Source of the DNA: Spirochaetia bacterium
GTDB taxonomy: Bacteria; Spirochaetota; Spirochaetia; SZUA-6; Bin103
Reading direction: 5' to 3'
Length of the DNA stretch: 64,000 nucleotides
NCBI GenBank assembly: GCA_965203055.1
Contig: OZ241863.1
Span: 1,248,001-1,312,000, forward strand
The notes beneath the pieces were generated by a model, which was not told the origin of the DNA, made no database searches, and saw only the letters and a program-made list of their open reading frames with translations. Position numbers and translations under genes: made by a program. Of the stretch, positions 9,408 through 20,453 are shown piece after piece. Position 1 is the stretch's first letter. Every line of letters starts with the position of its first letter.

Positions 9408-10262
9408 ATGAGTAGTAGTGCATTCGATTACCACCGCGCGGCCTCGGTCGAAGACGCCGTGGCGCTGCTCGCCCGCCATCCGGACGCCAAGCTGCTGGCC
9501 GGCGGCCACAGCCTGATTCCCTCCATGAAGCTGCGCCTGGCGGCGCCGCGCGCGCTGATCGACATCGGTCGCCTCGCCGAGCTCGACTACGTGCGCGCGC
9601 GGGACGGAGTGGTGGCGATCGGCGCCGCCGCTACCCACCACACCATTGCCTCCAGCGAGGCGGCGGCGCGGCAGGCGCCGTTGCTGGCGCAGGCGGCGGC
9701 GATGATCGGCGACGTCCAGGTGCGCAACGCGGGCACCATCGGCGGCAGCTTGGCGCATGCCGACCCGGCGGCCGACTATCCGGCCGCGGTGCTGGCCGCC
9801 GAGGCGCAGATCGTGGTCCGGGGCGCGGACGGGGAGCGCGTGATCGACGCGGCCGATTTCTTCGTCGACCTGTATCTGACCAGTCTGCAGCCTGACGAGA
9901 TCATTACCGAGGTGCGCGCGCCGGCCGCGGCGGCGGGCAGCGGCGCCTGCTACCTGAAGTTTCCGCACCCGGCGTCGCGCTTCGCGGTGGTCGGCTGCGC
10001 CGCCGCGGTCAACGCCTCCGGCGGTACCTGCGCGGACGTGCGGGTGGCGTTTACCGGGGTGGCCAACGCCGCGTTTCGGGATTCCGCGGTGGAGGCGGCG
10101 CTGGCCGGCCGGCCGGCCACGGCCGAGGCGGTCGCCGCGGCCGCGGCGCTGGCGGCGCGGGATGCCGAGGTGCTGAGCGACGCGTTCGCCGTCGCCGACT
10201 ACCGCCGCCACCTGGCGGCGGTGTACGCCGGCCGGGCGCTGCGCAACGCCGCCGGCATCTAA
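9408..10262 (+). CDS. coxM: Molybdenum hydroxylase FAD subunit
   Basis: LAGGHSL, QVRNAGTIGGS, ADYRRHLA. Confidence 0.92.
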   Translation: MSSSAFDYHRAASVEDAVALLARHPDAKLLAGGHSLIPSMKLRLAAPRALIDIGRLAELDYVRARDGVVAIGAAATHHTIASSEAAARQAPLLAQAAAMIGDVQVRNAGTIGGSLAHADPAADYPAAVLAAEAQIVVRGADGERVIDAADFFVDLYLTSLQPDEIITEVRAPAAAAGSGACYLKFPHPASRFAVVGCAAAVNASGGTCADVRVAFTGVANAAFRDSAVEAALAGRPATAEAVAAAAALAARDAEVLSDAFAVADYRRHLAAVYAGRALRNAAGI

Positions 10263-10282
10263 GATGCCGAGACGTGCCGAGA

Positions 10283-10312
10283 CGGCGCCGCGTTGACCTG
10301 AACGCGGCGCCG
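10283..10312. terminator. GC-rich hairpin after coxM (possible terminator)
   Basis: Perfect 12-bp stem CGGCGCCGCGTT/AACGCGGCGCCG, 6-nt loop; weak U tail. Confidence 0.4.
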
Positions 10313-10331
10313 CGCTTTACTATGTACCACG

Positions 10332-11132
10332 ATGGGGAAGAAAGAACTGCGCTACATCTTCCACCTCTACCGGACTGACGGACAGTCGCTGATCCTGCAT
10401 CCGTTCGAGAACTCGGACCGCTTGCGGGCCGGCCTCGAGACGCAGGAGATCGAGGGCCGCTATGGGGCGGAACCGCCGGTGGCGTTGCTCACTTCGTTTC
10501 GGAACGACCTGTATCGTTCCGTCGAGGTGGCGGTGCGGCGCTTCCTCTCCGATGCCCGCTTCGTGCCGCGGTTCCTCATTTCCGCCGGCGCCTTCTTCGC
10601 CAGCTTCATGATCCTCTCTTACGCGGTGCCCGATCCGATCCTGATCGTGGACGAGCTGCTGGTCGCGGTGGCGGCCGGCATCGGCTCGTACCTGTTCCTG
10701 GGACGCCGCGACATGGGCTCGGATGCCGCCATGAAGAAGCGCATCGCGCTGCGCAACGCGGTCGATCAGATCAAGTTCGTGCCCAGCGGCTTCCTGGCGC
10801 GGGTGGAACAGGAGCTGCGGCGTACCGAGAGCGGCGACTTCGAAGAGGCGGTGCGCGCCATCCTGGAACCGGAGACCGGCGGCGATCAGGAGCAGGCCAA
10901 GACCCAGCTCGCGGCCGAAGACCGCCTGGAGGCGGCGCAGTTCGTGCAGCTCCTGGAGGAGAAGTACCGCTTCAAGCGCCTGCGCCGCGAAGAGAAGGTG
11001 CTGCGCAGCTACGCCTCGCGCGCGGCCTCCGACCGCGGCGACTCGCTGCGCCGCTGGTCCGACACCAAGAAGCTGGACCTGCCGCTGTACGCCGTCTACA
11101 AGCGCTTCAAGCGTACCGTCGAGCGCGTCTAG
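10332..11132 (+). CDS. Hypothetical membrane protein (2 predicted TM helices)
   Basis: Protein-like composition; hydrophobic hairpin around VPDPILIVDELL. Confidence 0.75.
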   Translation: MGKKELRYIFHLYRTDGQSLILHPFENSDRLRAGLETQEIEGRYGAEPPVALLTSFRNDLYRSVEVAVRRFLSDARFVPRFLISAGAFFASFMILSYAVPDPILIVDELLVAVAAGIGSYLFLGRRDMGSDAAMKKRIALRNAVDQIKFVPSGFLARVEQELRRTESGDFEEAVRAILEPETGGDQEQAKTQLAAEDRLEAAQFVQLLEEKYRFKRLRREEKVLRSYASRAASDRGDSLRRWSDTKKLDLPLYAVYKRFKRTVERV

Positions 11133-12022
11133 CAGCCGGCCTCGTAGCAGTGGCTGCTCACCTGCTCGCCGCGGGTATCGTGCAGGAAGGCGGCGTCGCC
11201 GCCGTTGCCCCAGATGTTCTCCTCCGTCAGGGTGAGGCTCGGCTGCGCGTCGCCGACGCAGCCGCGGCCACTGCAGAGCGCCAGAACGGCGCCGGGGGCC
11301 AACGGAGCGGTCGCCGGAATCATCAGGTTGGTGCCGTCGTCGTCCCTGACCTGCCAGCCGCTGACGTCGACCGCGGCGCCGGAGGCGTTGCGCAGCAGCA
11401 GGTGTTCGGAGCGGCCGTCGTTGACCACGCGCTCGATTACCACCGCGTCCGCTGCGGTTGCGGCGCGCGCGGCGCGCTGCGGCGCCGCCGCCGGGCAGTC
11501 CGCCGGGCGCGGTCCGGCGGCGAGGCGCTCGAACTGGTCTGAGAAGTGGTTCGGCTCCGCGCGATAGGGCTCGGCGAGGCCGCACTCCAGGAGGCGGGCA
11601 TTGAGCAGCGAGCCGTCCGCCAGGTAGACGTAGGCCAGCAGCCGGTCGAACCGGTCGCGGCGGCGAAAGTCGAAAGCGAGGTAGATCTCGGCGTTGGCGG
11701 TGCGCTGCTGAACGTAGCGCGCGGCCTCGGCCGCGCCCGGCTCGCCCAGCTCCGGGGTGTCGATCGCCAGCAGGCGCACCTTCTCGTCGGCCTCTGGTCC
11801 CGGCGGCGGGCACGGCAGGCGCACGTGAAAGGTGTCGCCGTCCACGTAGCGGGTGACCGCGGCCGGGGTCAGCCGCGCAATGTCGGCCTCGGCGTAGTGG
11901 CGCAGGCCGGCGACCGTCACGTCGTAGAGCGGGGGGCAGGTCCGGGACTGGCCGGCGGCGCCGGCCGCGGCCAGCAGCAGCGCCAGGGCCGCCAGCCCGG
12001 TCAGTATGCGTATGTTCGGCAT
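11129..12022 (-). CDS. Secreted thermonuclease (SNase) with C-terminal lamin-tail domain
   Basis: Signal peptide; VDGDT, VRLLAIDTPE, DRFDRLLAYV; LRNASGAAVDVSGWQV..IWGNGGD. Confidence 0.85.
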   Translation of the reverse strand: MPNIRILTGLAALALLLAAAGAAGQSRTCPPLYDVTVAGLRHYAEADIARLTPAAVTRYVDGDTFHVRLPCPPPGPEADEKVRLLAIDTPELGEPGAAEAARYVQQRTANAEIYLAFDFRRRDRFDRLLAYVYLADGSLLNARLLECGLAEPYRAEPNHFSDQFERLAAGPRPADCPAAAPQRAARAATAADAVVIERVVNDGRSEHLLLRNASGAAVDVSGWQVRDDDGTNLMIPATAPLAPGAVLALCSGRGCVGDAQPSLTLTEENIWGNGGDAAFLHDTRGEQVSSHCYEAGC

Positions 12023-12052
12023 CGTGCCCCGCAGCATAGCCGATCGCGGGCG

Positions 12053-12493
12053 GTTGCGGCGCGGCGTTGGCGGCAGGCGGTCGCGGCGCTTTGTCTGCTC
12101 GGCGCCGCGGGCGCCTGCGCGCGGGAGGCCGCCCCGCTGGAGCTGGCGGTGGGCGGCGCGGAGTTTCGCGTCGAGCTGGCGGTCACCGCAGAGCAGCGCC
12201 GCCGGGGATTGATGTACCGCGACCGGCTCGGCGAGCGCGAAGGGATGTTGTTCGTGTTCGAGGAGGAGCGCATGCTCTCCTTCTGGATGCGCGACACCTC
12301 GCTGCCGCTCTCCATTGCGTTCATCGACGCGCGCGGCGTGATCGTGCACCTCGCCGACCTGGTGCCCTGGTCGGAACGGCGGGTGTCATCGCGGGTGCCG
12401 GCCCGCTTCGCGCTGGAGGTGAACCGCGGCGCCTTCGAACGCGCCGGCGTGGCGGTGGGCGACGTGGTGGCGCTGCCGCCCGCGCTGCGCTGA
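12053..12493 (+). CDS. DUF192 family protein (possible lipoprotein); start uncertain
   Basis: VELAVT..RRRGLMYR..GMLFVF..FWMRDTSLPLSIAFID..ALEVNRG. Confidence 0.85.
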   Translation, partial: VAARRWRQAVAALCLLGAAGACAREAAPLELAVGGAEFRVELAVTAEQRRRGLMYRDRLGEREGMLFVFEEERMLSFWMRDTSLPLSIAFIDARGVIVHLADLVPWSERRVSSRVPARFALEVNRGAFERAGVAVGDVVALPPALR

Positions 12494-12521
12494 GCGCGGC
12501 CGGCGCAGAGGAGCGTCTTCG

Positions 12522-12782
12522 TTACGGCCGCGGCGGGTCGGCGGCGGCCGCGGCGCCGTCCGGGAACGGCTCCAACGCCGGCGCGGCGCCGGTCGGTTCC
12601 GGCTCGTTGACCAGGATTTCGATCCGCCGTTCGATCTTGGCCAGGTCGCGCTCCAGCGTGCGCGCCAGCGCGATGCCTTCCTCGAACCGGGCCATCGCCT
12701 CGGAGATCGGCAGGTCACCCCGGCGCAGCTCCTCGCCGAGCCGTTCCAGGCGCTGCAGGCGTTCCTCAAAGGTCGCCATCAT
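12522..12782 (-). CDS. xseB: Exodeoxyribonuclease VII small subunit
   Basis: TFEERLQRLE..LPISEAMARFEEGIAL; downstream of xseA. Confidence 0.9.
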   Translation of the reverse strand: MMATFEERLQRLERLGEELRRGDLPISEAMARFEEGIALARTLERDLAKIERRIEILVNEPEPTGAAPALEPFPDGAAAAADPPRP

Positions 12783-14088
12783 CAGCCTCATTGGCGGCGG
12801 GTTCGGTGGCGGTGACCGCGGCGCGGAAGGCGCTGCGGTGGAGCTGAACCCGTACCTCCTGCGCCGCCCGCACCTGCTGCGCCGAGGTGACGTAGCTTCC
12901 GGTAGCCACGTCGGTCACCGCGGCGTAACCGCGCTGCAATATGGCGCGCGGCGAGGCCGCCTCCACCCCTTGCGCCGCCAGCGCCAGGCGATGGCGCAGG
13001 TTGCGGGCGCAGCGCTCCGCGCCGTGGCTGAGCGCCGCGCGCGCCTCGTCCAGGCGCTGCTGCCGCGGATGGAGGGCCAGCCGCAGGCTGCGCGCCAGGT
13101 GGTCGGCGCGGTACCGCTCCAGCAGGGCGCGGGGGCGTTGCGCGCGCGCCTCCAGGGCGGCGCCGAGGTTGACGCGCAGCGCCGCCACCCGCCGCTGCAG
13201 CTCGCGGCGCGGGGCGGCCACCACTTCCGCCGCGGCGGACGGGGTCGCGGCACGGTGGTCCGCGGCCAGGTCGCTCAAGGCGCTGTCCACCTCGTGGCCG
13301 ACCGCGGAGATGACCGGCGTGGCGGCCGCCGCGATGGCGCGCACCACGCGCTCGTCCGAGAACGGCAGCAACTCCTCCAGCGCGCCGCCGCCGCGGGTAA
13401 CGATGATGACGTCGCCCAGGCGCCGGCGGTCGGCGGTGCGCACGCCGCGCGCGATGCGGGCCGCGGCGTCGGGGCCCTGCACCGGCGCCGGGACGATCAC
13501 CACGTCGACGCCGGCGTTGCGGCGGCCCAGTACCCGCAGCAGATCGCGCAGCGCGGCGCCGGTGGGCGAGGTGACCACCGCCACCCGCCGCGGCAGCAGC
13601 GGCAACGGCAGCTTGCGGCTGGCGTCGAACAGGCCCTCGGCGGCCAGCGCTCGCTTGCGTCGTTCGAGCAACGCCAGCAGATCGCCTTCGCCGGCGCGTT
13701 CGATGCCGTCGGCGATGAGCTGATAGCTGCCGCGCGGGCCGTAGACCGAGATGGCGCCGCGCACCCGTACCAGCATGCCGTCGGCCGGGATGAAGGTCAG
13801 CAGGAAGTGCCGGTTCTTGAACAGCGCCACGCCCAGGGTCGCGCTGCGGTCCACCAAGTTGAAGTAGTAGTGGCCGGTGCTGGAGGGGCGAAACCCGCTC
13901 ACTTCGCCCTCCACCGTCACGTTGGAAAACTGGCCCTCCAGCAGGCCGCGAATGCGGCGCGTGAGCTCGGACACGGTGACGGCGCCGTCCGGGCGCGGCG
14001 CGCTGCCGGGCGCCTCGGGCGCCGCCGGCGCCGGCGGCCGGGCGCGGAAATTGGGCGCGGCGCGCGGACTGCGCGGCCATGATCTCAC
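12766..14088 (-). CDS. xseA: Exodeoxyribonuclease VII large subunit; start uncertain
   Basis: VEGEVSGF..GHYYF, VTSPTGAALRD, RGGG, SAVGHEVD, TPSAAAE. Confidence 0.95.
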   Translation of the reverse strand: MRSWPRSPRAAPNFRARPPAPAAPEAPGSAPRPDGAVTVSELTRRIRGLLEGQFSNVTVEGEVSGFRPSSTGHYYFNLVDRSATLGVALFKNRHFLLTFIPADGMLVRVRGAISVYGPRGSYQLIADGIERAGEGDLLALLERRKRALAAEGLFDASRKLPLPLLPRRVAVVTSPTGAALRDLLRVLGRRNAGVDVVIVPAPVQGPDAAARIARGVRTADRRRLGDVIIVTRGGGALEELLPFSDERVVRAIAAAATPVISAVGHEVDSALSDLAADHRAATPSAAAEVVAAPRRELQRRVAALRVNLGAALEARAQRPRALLERYRADHLARSLRLALHPRQQRLDEARAALSHGAERCARNLRHRLALAAQGVEAASPRAILQRGYAAVTDVATGSYVTSAQQVRAAQEVRVQLHRSAFRAAVTATEPAANEADDGDL

Positions 14089-14313
14089 GCGCGGAGCATA
14101 GTCGCCGCCGCGCCCCGCGACAAGCGCGGCGCGGGCGCGGCGGCGAGCGGCGCGCTGCGCTCAGGGGGAGCTGCCGGGCGGACGATAATCACGGTGATGG
14201 ATGCGGGAGCGGCTGGCGGCCCTGCTCGGCGAGTGGGAGCGCGGCGGGAAGCGCGGGCTGCGTCCGATGCCGGACCAACCGAACGGCCGCGCGCGGACCG
14301 GCGGCGCCGGGTG

Positions 14314-15372
14314 ATGCGGTGGGCGCGGCGCGCCGCGGCGCTGGCGGCGCTGGGCGGCGCATTGGCCGCGGCTCCCGCGGCGGTGGCGGATTCGGGCGCC
14401 TTTGCGCCCGGCGAGCACGTGGATCTGCTCGACCTGGTCGACGAGGTGGGGGCCGTGCTGGAGTGGAACCCGGTCCGCCAGATGGGGGTATTGGCCTCCG
14501 ACCGCCACCGGGTGGCGCTGCGGGTCGGCACCCCGTGGGTGCTGGTCGACCGCGCCAAGCCGCTGTTCGTCGGGCACGTCGTGCGCAGCGCGGGCGCGGT
14601 ACTGCTGACGGCGCCCGGCGCGGAGGAGTTGCGCCAACTGTTGCGCCCCGCGGACGCCGCTCCGGTGCACCGCATTGGCGCCATCCTGATCGATCCCGGC
14701 CATGGCGGGAGGGATCCCGGCGCCATCGCCACCCACCGCTTCGACGACCATACCCTCGCGCTGCGCGAAAAGGAGATCGTGCTGGAGACCAGCCTGGCGC
14801 TGCACCGGCTGCTCAGCGCGCGCTATCCGAACAAGCGCGTGGTGCTGTCGCGCAGCGACGACCGCTATCTGTCCCTGGAGCAGCGTACCGATCTGGCCAA
14901 CGGCTTGCTGCGGGATACCGGCGCCGCGGTGATCTTCATCTCGATTCACGCCAACGCCTCGCTCAGCAAGGTGGCGCGCGGCTTCGAGGTGTGGTACCTG
15001 CCCGATGACTATCGGCGGGAGGTGATTCTGCCCGGCAGCTCCGCCGCCGAGTCGCCGGAGTTGGCGCCGATCCTCAACACGGTGCAGGAAGAGGAGTTCA
15101 CCCGCGACTCGCAACTTCTGGCGCAGAGCATCGTCGATCACTTTCAGCACCGGGTCGGCGACCGCAGCCTCAACCGCGGCGTGCGCGAGGAGTCGTGGTT
15201 CGTGGTGCGCAACGCCAAGATGCCGGCGGTGTTGATCGAGCTGGGCTTTGCCACCAACGAGCGGGAAGCGAAGTTGCTCGCCGACCCCGGCTACTTGCAG
15301 ACGCTGGCCGAGGCGATCTACAGTGCGGTGACGGCGTTCGTAACCGTGTTCGAGGAGACCGAAACCGAATGA
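14314..15372 (+). CDS. N-acetylmuramoyl-L-alanine amidase (Amidase_3)
   Basis: IDPGHGGRDPGA, EK, SIHANAS, MPAVLIELGF. Confidence 0.92.
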   Translation: MRWARRAAALAALGGALAAAPAAVADSGAFAPGEHVDLLDLVDEVGAVLEWNPVRQMGVLASDRHRVALRVGTPWVLVDRAKPLFVGHVVRSAGAVLLTAPGAEELRQLLRPADAAPVHRIGAILIDPGHGGRDPGAIATHRFDDHTLALREKEIVLETSLALHRLLSARYPNKRVVLSRSDDRYLSLEQRTDLANGLLRDTGAAVIFISIHANASLSKVARGFEVWYLPDDYRREVILPGSSAAESPELAPILNTVQEEEFTRDSQLLAQSIVDHFQHRVGDRSLNRGVREESWFVVRNAKMPAVLIELGFATNEREAKLLADPGYLQTLAEAIYSAVTAFVTVFEETETE

Positions 15373-15902
15373 GCGACCAGCGCGCCGCGCCCGCTCCGCA
15401 TGCCCGCCGCCGCGCGGCCGCGCTGATTGCGGCCGCGCTGTGGGTAGCGGCGCTTGGCTACAGCCTGTTCATGGCGCAGCCGTCCATCACGGGCCGGGAA
15501 CGGCGGGTGCTGTTCTTTCCCGCGCTTTCGGGCGGCGGCGGCGCCTTGCGGTTGATCGGTGAGGTGCGCTACGTGCCCTACCGGGCCGCCGCCGGCGCCG
15601 ACCTGCGCACGCTGCTGGAGGAGACGATTCTGGGGCCCGCCGATCACCGCGCCCACCGGCTGCTGCCGCGCGCGCTGGAGGTGATATCGGCGCACGTGCG
15701 CGGCGGTACCGCGTACGTCAACCTGTCGCGCCACGTGTGGTTCGGAGCGACGCCGGTGCCCAGTACCGGCGCGGAACGGATTCAGGCGCTGACCGCGGCC
15801 ATTCGCTACAACTTCCCCGAATTGCAGGAGGTACGCATGCTGATCGAAGGCCAGGAGCCGCGCGCCGCGGCCGCCGCTGCCGGCGGAGGAACCGGTGGCT
15901 GA
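15369..15902 (+). CDS. GerMN domain protein
   Basis: N-terminal TM; LLEETILGP, TAYVNLS, NFPELQEVRMLIEG; coupled to amidase. Confidence 0.7.
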   Translation: MSDQRAAPAPHARRRAAALIAAALWVAALGYSLFMAQPSITGRERRVLFFPALSGGGGALRLIGEVRYVPYRAAAGADLRTLLEETILGPADHRAHRLLPRALEVISAHVRGGTAYVNLSRHVWFGATPVPSTGAERIQALTAAIRYNFPELQEVRMLIEGQEPRAAAAAAGGGTGG

Positions 15903-16185
15903 GCCCCTCGCCGCCGGGCAACTGCGCGCCGCGCTGGCCAACCTGCCGGGCTGGGAGGCGGACGGTGACGCGATCACCAAGACCTATGCCTTCTCCCACT
16001 TTCGGGAAGCGGTCTCCTTCATCGTGCGCATCGCGTTTGCCGCCGAGGCGGCCAACCACCATCCCGAGTTGTGGAACGTCTACCAGCGGGTGCGCGTTAC
16101 CCTGGCCACCCACGACGCCGGCAACCGGGTAACCGCCAAGGACGTCGCCCTGGCGCAGGAAATCGAACGCATCGCCTGGGTCTAG
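15895..16185 (+). CDS. phhB: Pterin-4-alpha-carbinolamine dehydratase
   Basis: AEAANHHPE..YQRVRVTLATHDAG..VTAKD. Confidence 0.9.
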   Translation: MAEPLAAGQLRAALANLPGWEADGDAITKTYAFSHFREAVSFIVRIAFAAEAANHHPELWNVYQRVRVTLATHDAGNRVTAKDVALAQEIERIAWV

Positions 16186-16258
16186 CCGGCGCCTCGGCGT
16201 AGCGACCGAACCCAACCAGGCTGCCGCAGGCTTGCCGGGGGCGCGCCAAGCTCATAGG

Positions 16259-16981
16259 ATGGCGCCGATGACCGCCGCGCAGCAACGAGAGTTCTTTCAG
16301 CGTCACGGGTATCTCATCGTGGAAGGCCATCTGCCGCCGCCGCGGCTGGCCGCGGTGCGCGCGGCGGTGGAGGAACTCTACGCCGGCGAAGGGCCTCGCG
16401 CCGGCTGGGAGCAGCCCGCGGTGGCGCCGTTCGTGCGCCGGCTCTGCAACCTGTTCAGCAAGGGTGATCGGTTCGTCGAGCTGGCCACCGATCCGTTGGC
16501 GTTGGAGTACGCCGAGCTGGTGATCGGCCGACCGGTGCGCTGGCACGCCATGAATGCCCACGATCCCCTGCCCGGTCACCGGCACGCGCACCAGGCGATT
16601 CACGCCGACCGCCAGAGCTGGCCGCAGACTCCCGCGTACTTCAACGTCCTGTGGGCGCTGGACGACATCACCGCCGAGAACGGAGCGACCCGGCTGGTGC
16701 CCGGTTCCCACCGGCGTCCGTTTCCTCCCGCGGTCCTGGACGATCCGCTGGCTCCGGTGGAGGGCGAGGTGCTGGCGGTCTGCCCCGCCGGCTCGGCGAT
16801 CATGCTGCACGGCGACACCTGGCACGGCGCCCGCGCGAATTACAGCGCCGGACCGCGCCGCCTGCTGCATCTGGGATACGCCGCCTCCGGGACGCCGCCC
16901 CAATACGAGATCGGCGCTACGCTGGCGCCGGAGCTGCGCCGCCGACTGGCGCCGCTGGCCGACCGCCTGGAGCTGCCGTGA
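16259..16981 (+). CDS. Phytanoyl-CoA dioxygenase (PhyH) family protein
   Basis: HAD, ENGATRLVPGSH, WHG motifs. Confidence 0.88.
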   Translation: MAPMTAAQQREFFQRHGYLIVEGHLPPPRLAAVRAAVEELYAGEGPRAGWEQPAVAPFVRRLCNLFSKGDRFVELATDPLALEYAELVIGRPVRWHAMNAHDPLPGHRHAHQAIHADRQSWPQTPAYFNVLWALDDITAENGATRLVPGSHRRPFPPAVLDDPLAPVEGEVLAVCPAGSAIMLHGDTWHGARANYSAGPRRLLHLGYAASGTPPQYEIGATLAPELRRRLAPLADRLELP

Positions 16982-17012
16982 CCGCTTCCGGGACGCCGCC
17001 GGGACGCCTCCG

Positions 17013-18107
17013 GTGAGCCTCGCTACCCTGATTCTGGCCGGCGGCAGCGGCACGCGGCTGTGGCCCGCCTCGCGCGCCGCCGCGCCCAAGCAGTACCTGA
17101 GCTTCGACGGCGGCCCCAGCTACCTGCAGCAGGCCGTGCTGCGCGCGCGGGCGGCCGCGTCCGACCTGATCGTGGTGGTAACCGGCGAAGATCAGTTGCC
17201 GGCGGTGGCGGCGCAGTGCGCGGCCCCGGAGACCGCGGCCGCCGCGGCCAACGACGCGCCCTGCTACCTCCTCGGCGAGCCGGCGGCGCGCAACACCGGT
17301 CCCGCGGTAGCGCTCGGCGCGCGCTTCGTGGCCCAGCTCCGCCCCTCCGCCGCGGCCGACGCCGCGCTGCTGGTGCTGTCCTCGGACCACGCCATCGCGC
17401 CGCTGGCGGCCTTCACCGCCGACGTGGGCGCCGCGCGGCGGCTGGCGCGGCAGGGCTGGCTGACCACCTTCGGCATCCGCCCCACGCGGCCGGAGACCGG
17501 CTACGGCTACCTGGAACTGGGCGCCGCGTTGGAGGGGGGCTTTCAGGTGGCCGCGTTCCGCGAGAAGCCGGACCGCGCGGCCGCGGCCCGCTTCGTCGCC
17601 GCCGGCGGATTTCTGTGGAACGCCGGCCTGTTCCTGTTTCCGCTGGCGTCGCTGCGCCGCGAGCTGCGCCGCTGCGCGCCGGAGATTGCGCTCCCCCTGG
17701 AGCGCGCGGCAATGCCGGCGCCGGGCGCCGCTCCGGGTTCGGGTTCGGTGGCGGTGGCGCCGAGCGCGGAGCTGCGCGCCGTGTACCGGGAGCTGCCGGC
17801 CATCTCCATCGACTACGCCCTCATGGAGCGCAGCCGGCGGGTGGCCGCGGTGCGCGCTTCGTTTCAGTGGAGCGACGTCGGAAGCTGGGACGAGTTGGCG
17901 CGGATCAGCCGCGGCGACGCGCCCGCGGCCGCGGCCGAAGCGCGCGGCAACGCGGTGTTCAGCGAGCTGCCGGTGGCGCTGGCGGGCGTCGACGACCTGA
18001 TCGTGGTGGTGAAGAACGGCGCGGTGCTGGTCACCCGCAAGGGCCGCACGCAACTGGTGCGCGAGGTCGTGGCCGGGCTGCGCGAGCACCGCCCCGAGCT
18101 GCTCTAG
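17013..18107 (+). CDS. manC: Mannose-1-phosphate guanylyltransferase
   Basis: ILAGGSGTRLWP..PKQY, EPAARNTGPA, PETGYGY, FREKPD, SIDYALME, WSDVGSW. Confidence 0.92.
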   Translation: MSLATLILAGGSGTRLWPASRAAAPKQYLSFDGGPSYLQQAVLRARAAASDLIVVVTGEDQLPAVAAQCAAPETAAAAANDAPCYLLGEPAARNTGPAVALGARFVAQLRPSAAADAALLVLSSDHAIAPLAAFTADVGAARRLARQGWLTTFGIRPTRPETGYGYLELGAALEGGFQVAAFREKPDRAAAARFVAAGGFLWNAGLFLFPLASLRRELRRCAPEIALPLERAAMPAPGAAPGSGSVAVAPSAELRAVYRELPAISIDYALMERSRRVAAVRASFQWSDVGSWDELARISRGDAPAAAAEARGNAVFSELPVALAGVDDLIVVVKNGAVLVTRKGRTQLVREVVAGLREHRPELL

Positions 18108-18123
18108 GGAGACCCGCCGCACC

Positions 18124-19425
<1,302 letters not shown>

Positions 19426-19426
19426 T

Positions 19427-19879
19427 CTAGTAGCTGCGGGCGTCTATCTGCTCCTCGCCGGCGCCCTCCACCGCTACGAACACGCGGTTGGGCAGGCACG
19501 CGATCCACTGGCCGGGCCGCGACACGCGGCCGGTCTTGACGCAGATCTGGTTGGCGCACGGGGCGGCCGCCACGAACACGCTGCCGTCGCGCACCACGAC
19601 GCGGTTGTTGCCCAACGGTCCGGGGACCTCCAGCACCTGGTCGGCGTCGGGCCGCAGCAGCCAGGTGGAGTCGGCGGAGGTCACCCTGAAGCGCGGGCGC
19701 CCGCGCTGCGCGCGCAGCACCCAGCGGGTGACGGCGCCGGCCACGCCCGCCGAGCAGAGCAGGGCGGCCAGGTCCAGCGCGCGCAACGGCAGCCAGGCGA
19801 GAAAGCGCCGCCGCTGCGGATCGCGCGGCGCGGCCGAGCCTTCAGGCGGGCGCGCCACGGCCTGCCGGCGGCAGCGCAT
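19427..19879 (-). CDS. NusG domain II-containing protein; start uncertain
   Basis: GPLGNN..APCANQICVKTG..WIACLPNRV. Confidence 0.8.
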   Translation of the reverse strand: MRCRRQAVARPPEGSAAPRDPQRRRFLAWLPLRALDLAALLCSAGVAGAVTRWVLRAQRGRPRFRVTSADSTWLLRPDADQVLEVPGPLGNNRVVVRDGSVFVAAAPCANQICVKTGRVSRPGQWIACLPNRVFVAVEGAGEEQIDARSY

Positions 19880-19961
19880 GGCCGCGCGCCGCCGCCGGGC
19901 GCGGCATTCTCATGCCCGGCGCGCGGTTGACGCGCCGCGGGCCGCGCCGTATGTATGCCGC

Positions 19962-20453
19962 GTGAGTGTGTATACGCCGATCGTGGGTACCCTGGGCTAC
20001 GTGATCTCGCCCGACCGCCGCCAGACCCTGCTGGTGCACCGCAACGCGCGCGCGGATGACGATCATCTGGGGAAGTACAACGGTCTCGGCGGCAAGATGG
20101 AGCCGGGCGAGGACGTCGCTACCTGCATGCGGCGCGAGATTCGGGAAGAGGCGGGCATCGAGTGCCGCGGCATGCTGCTGCGCGGCACCATCAACTGGAC
20201 CGGGTTCGGGCCGCGCGGAGAAGATTGGCTCGGCTTCATCTTTCGCATCGACCGCTTCACCGGCGAGCCGCGCGCGCGCAACCCGGAGGGGGACCTGGAG
20301 TGGCACCCGATCGACCGGCTCGAGTCGCTGCCGCTGTGGGAGGGCGACCGCTACTTCCTCCCGATGGTGTTCGACGATGACCCGCGCCCGTTTCACGGCT
20401 ACCTGCCCTACGCCAACGACCGCGCCCTCGACTGGCGCTACGTGCGCGCCTGA
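19962..20453 (+). CDS. NUDIX hydrolase (8-oxo-dGTP diphosphatase-like)
   Basis: GLGGKMEPGE..REIREEAG Nudix box. Confidence 0.9.
   Translation: MSVYTPIVGTLGYVISPDRRQTLLVHRNARADDDHLGKYNGLGGKMEPGEDVATCMRREIREEAGIECRGMLLRGTINWTGFGPRGEDWLGFIFRIDRFTGEPRARNPEGDLEWHPIDRLESLPLWEGDRYFLPMVFDDDPRPFHGYLPYANDRALDWRYVRA

Noticed and set aside
6831..10211. 1126-aa minus-strand ORF and other long antisense ORFs (e.g. 2582-4417, 42073-44463, 58365-61277)
   Set aside because: Shadow frames of real genes in very high-GC DNA; Arg/Ala/Gly-rich with no motifs.
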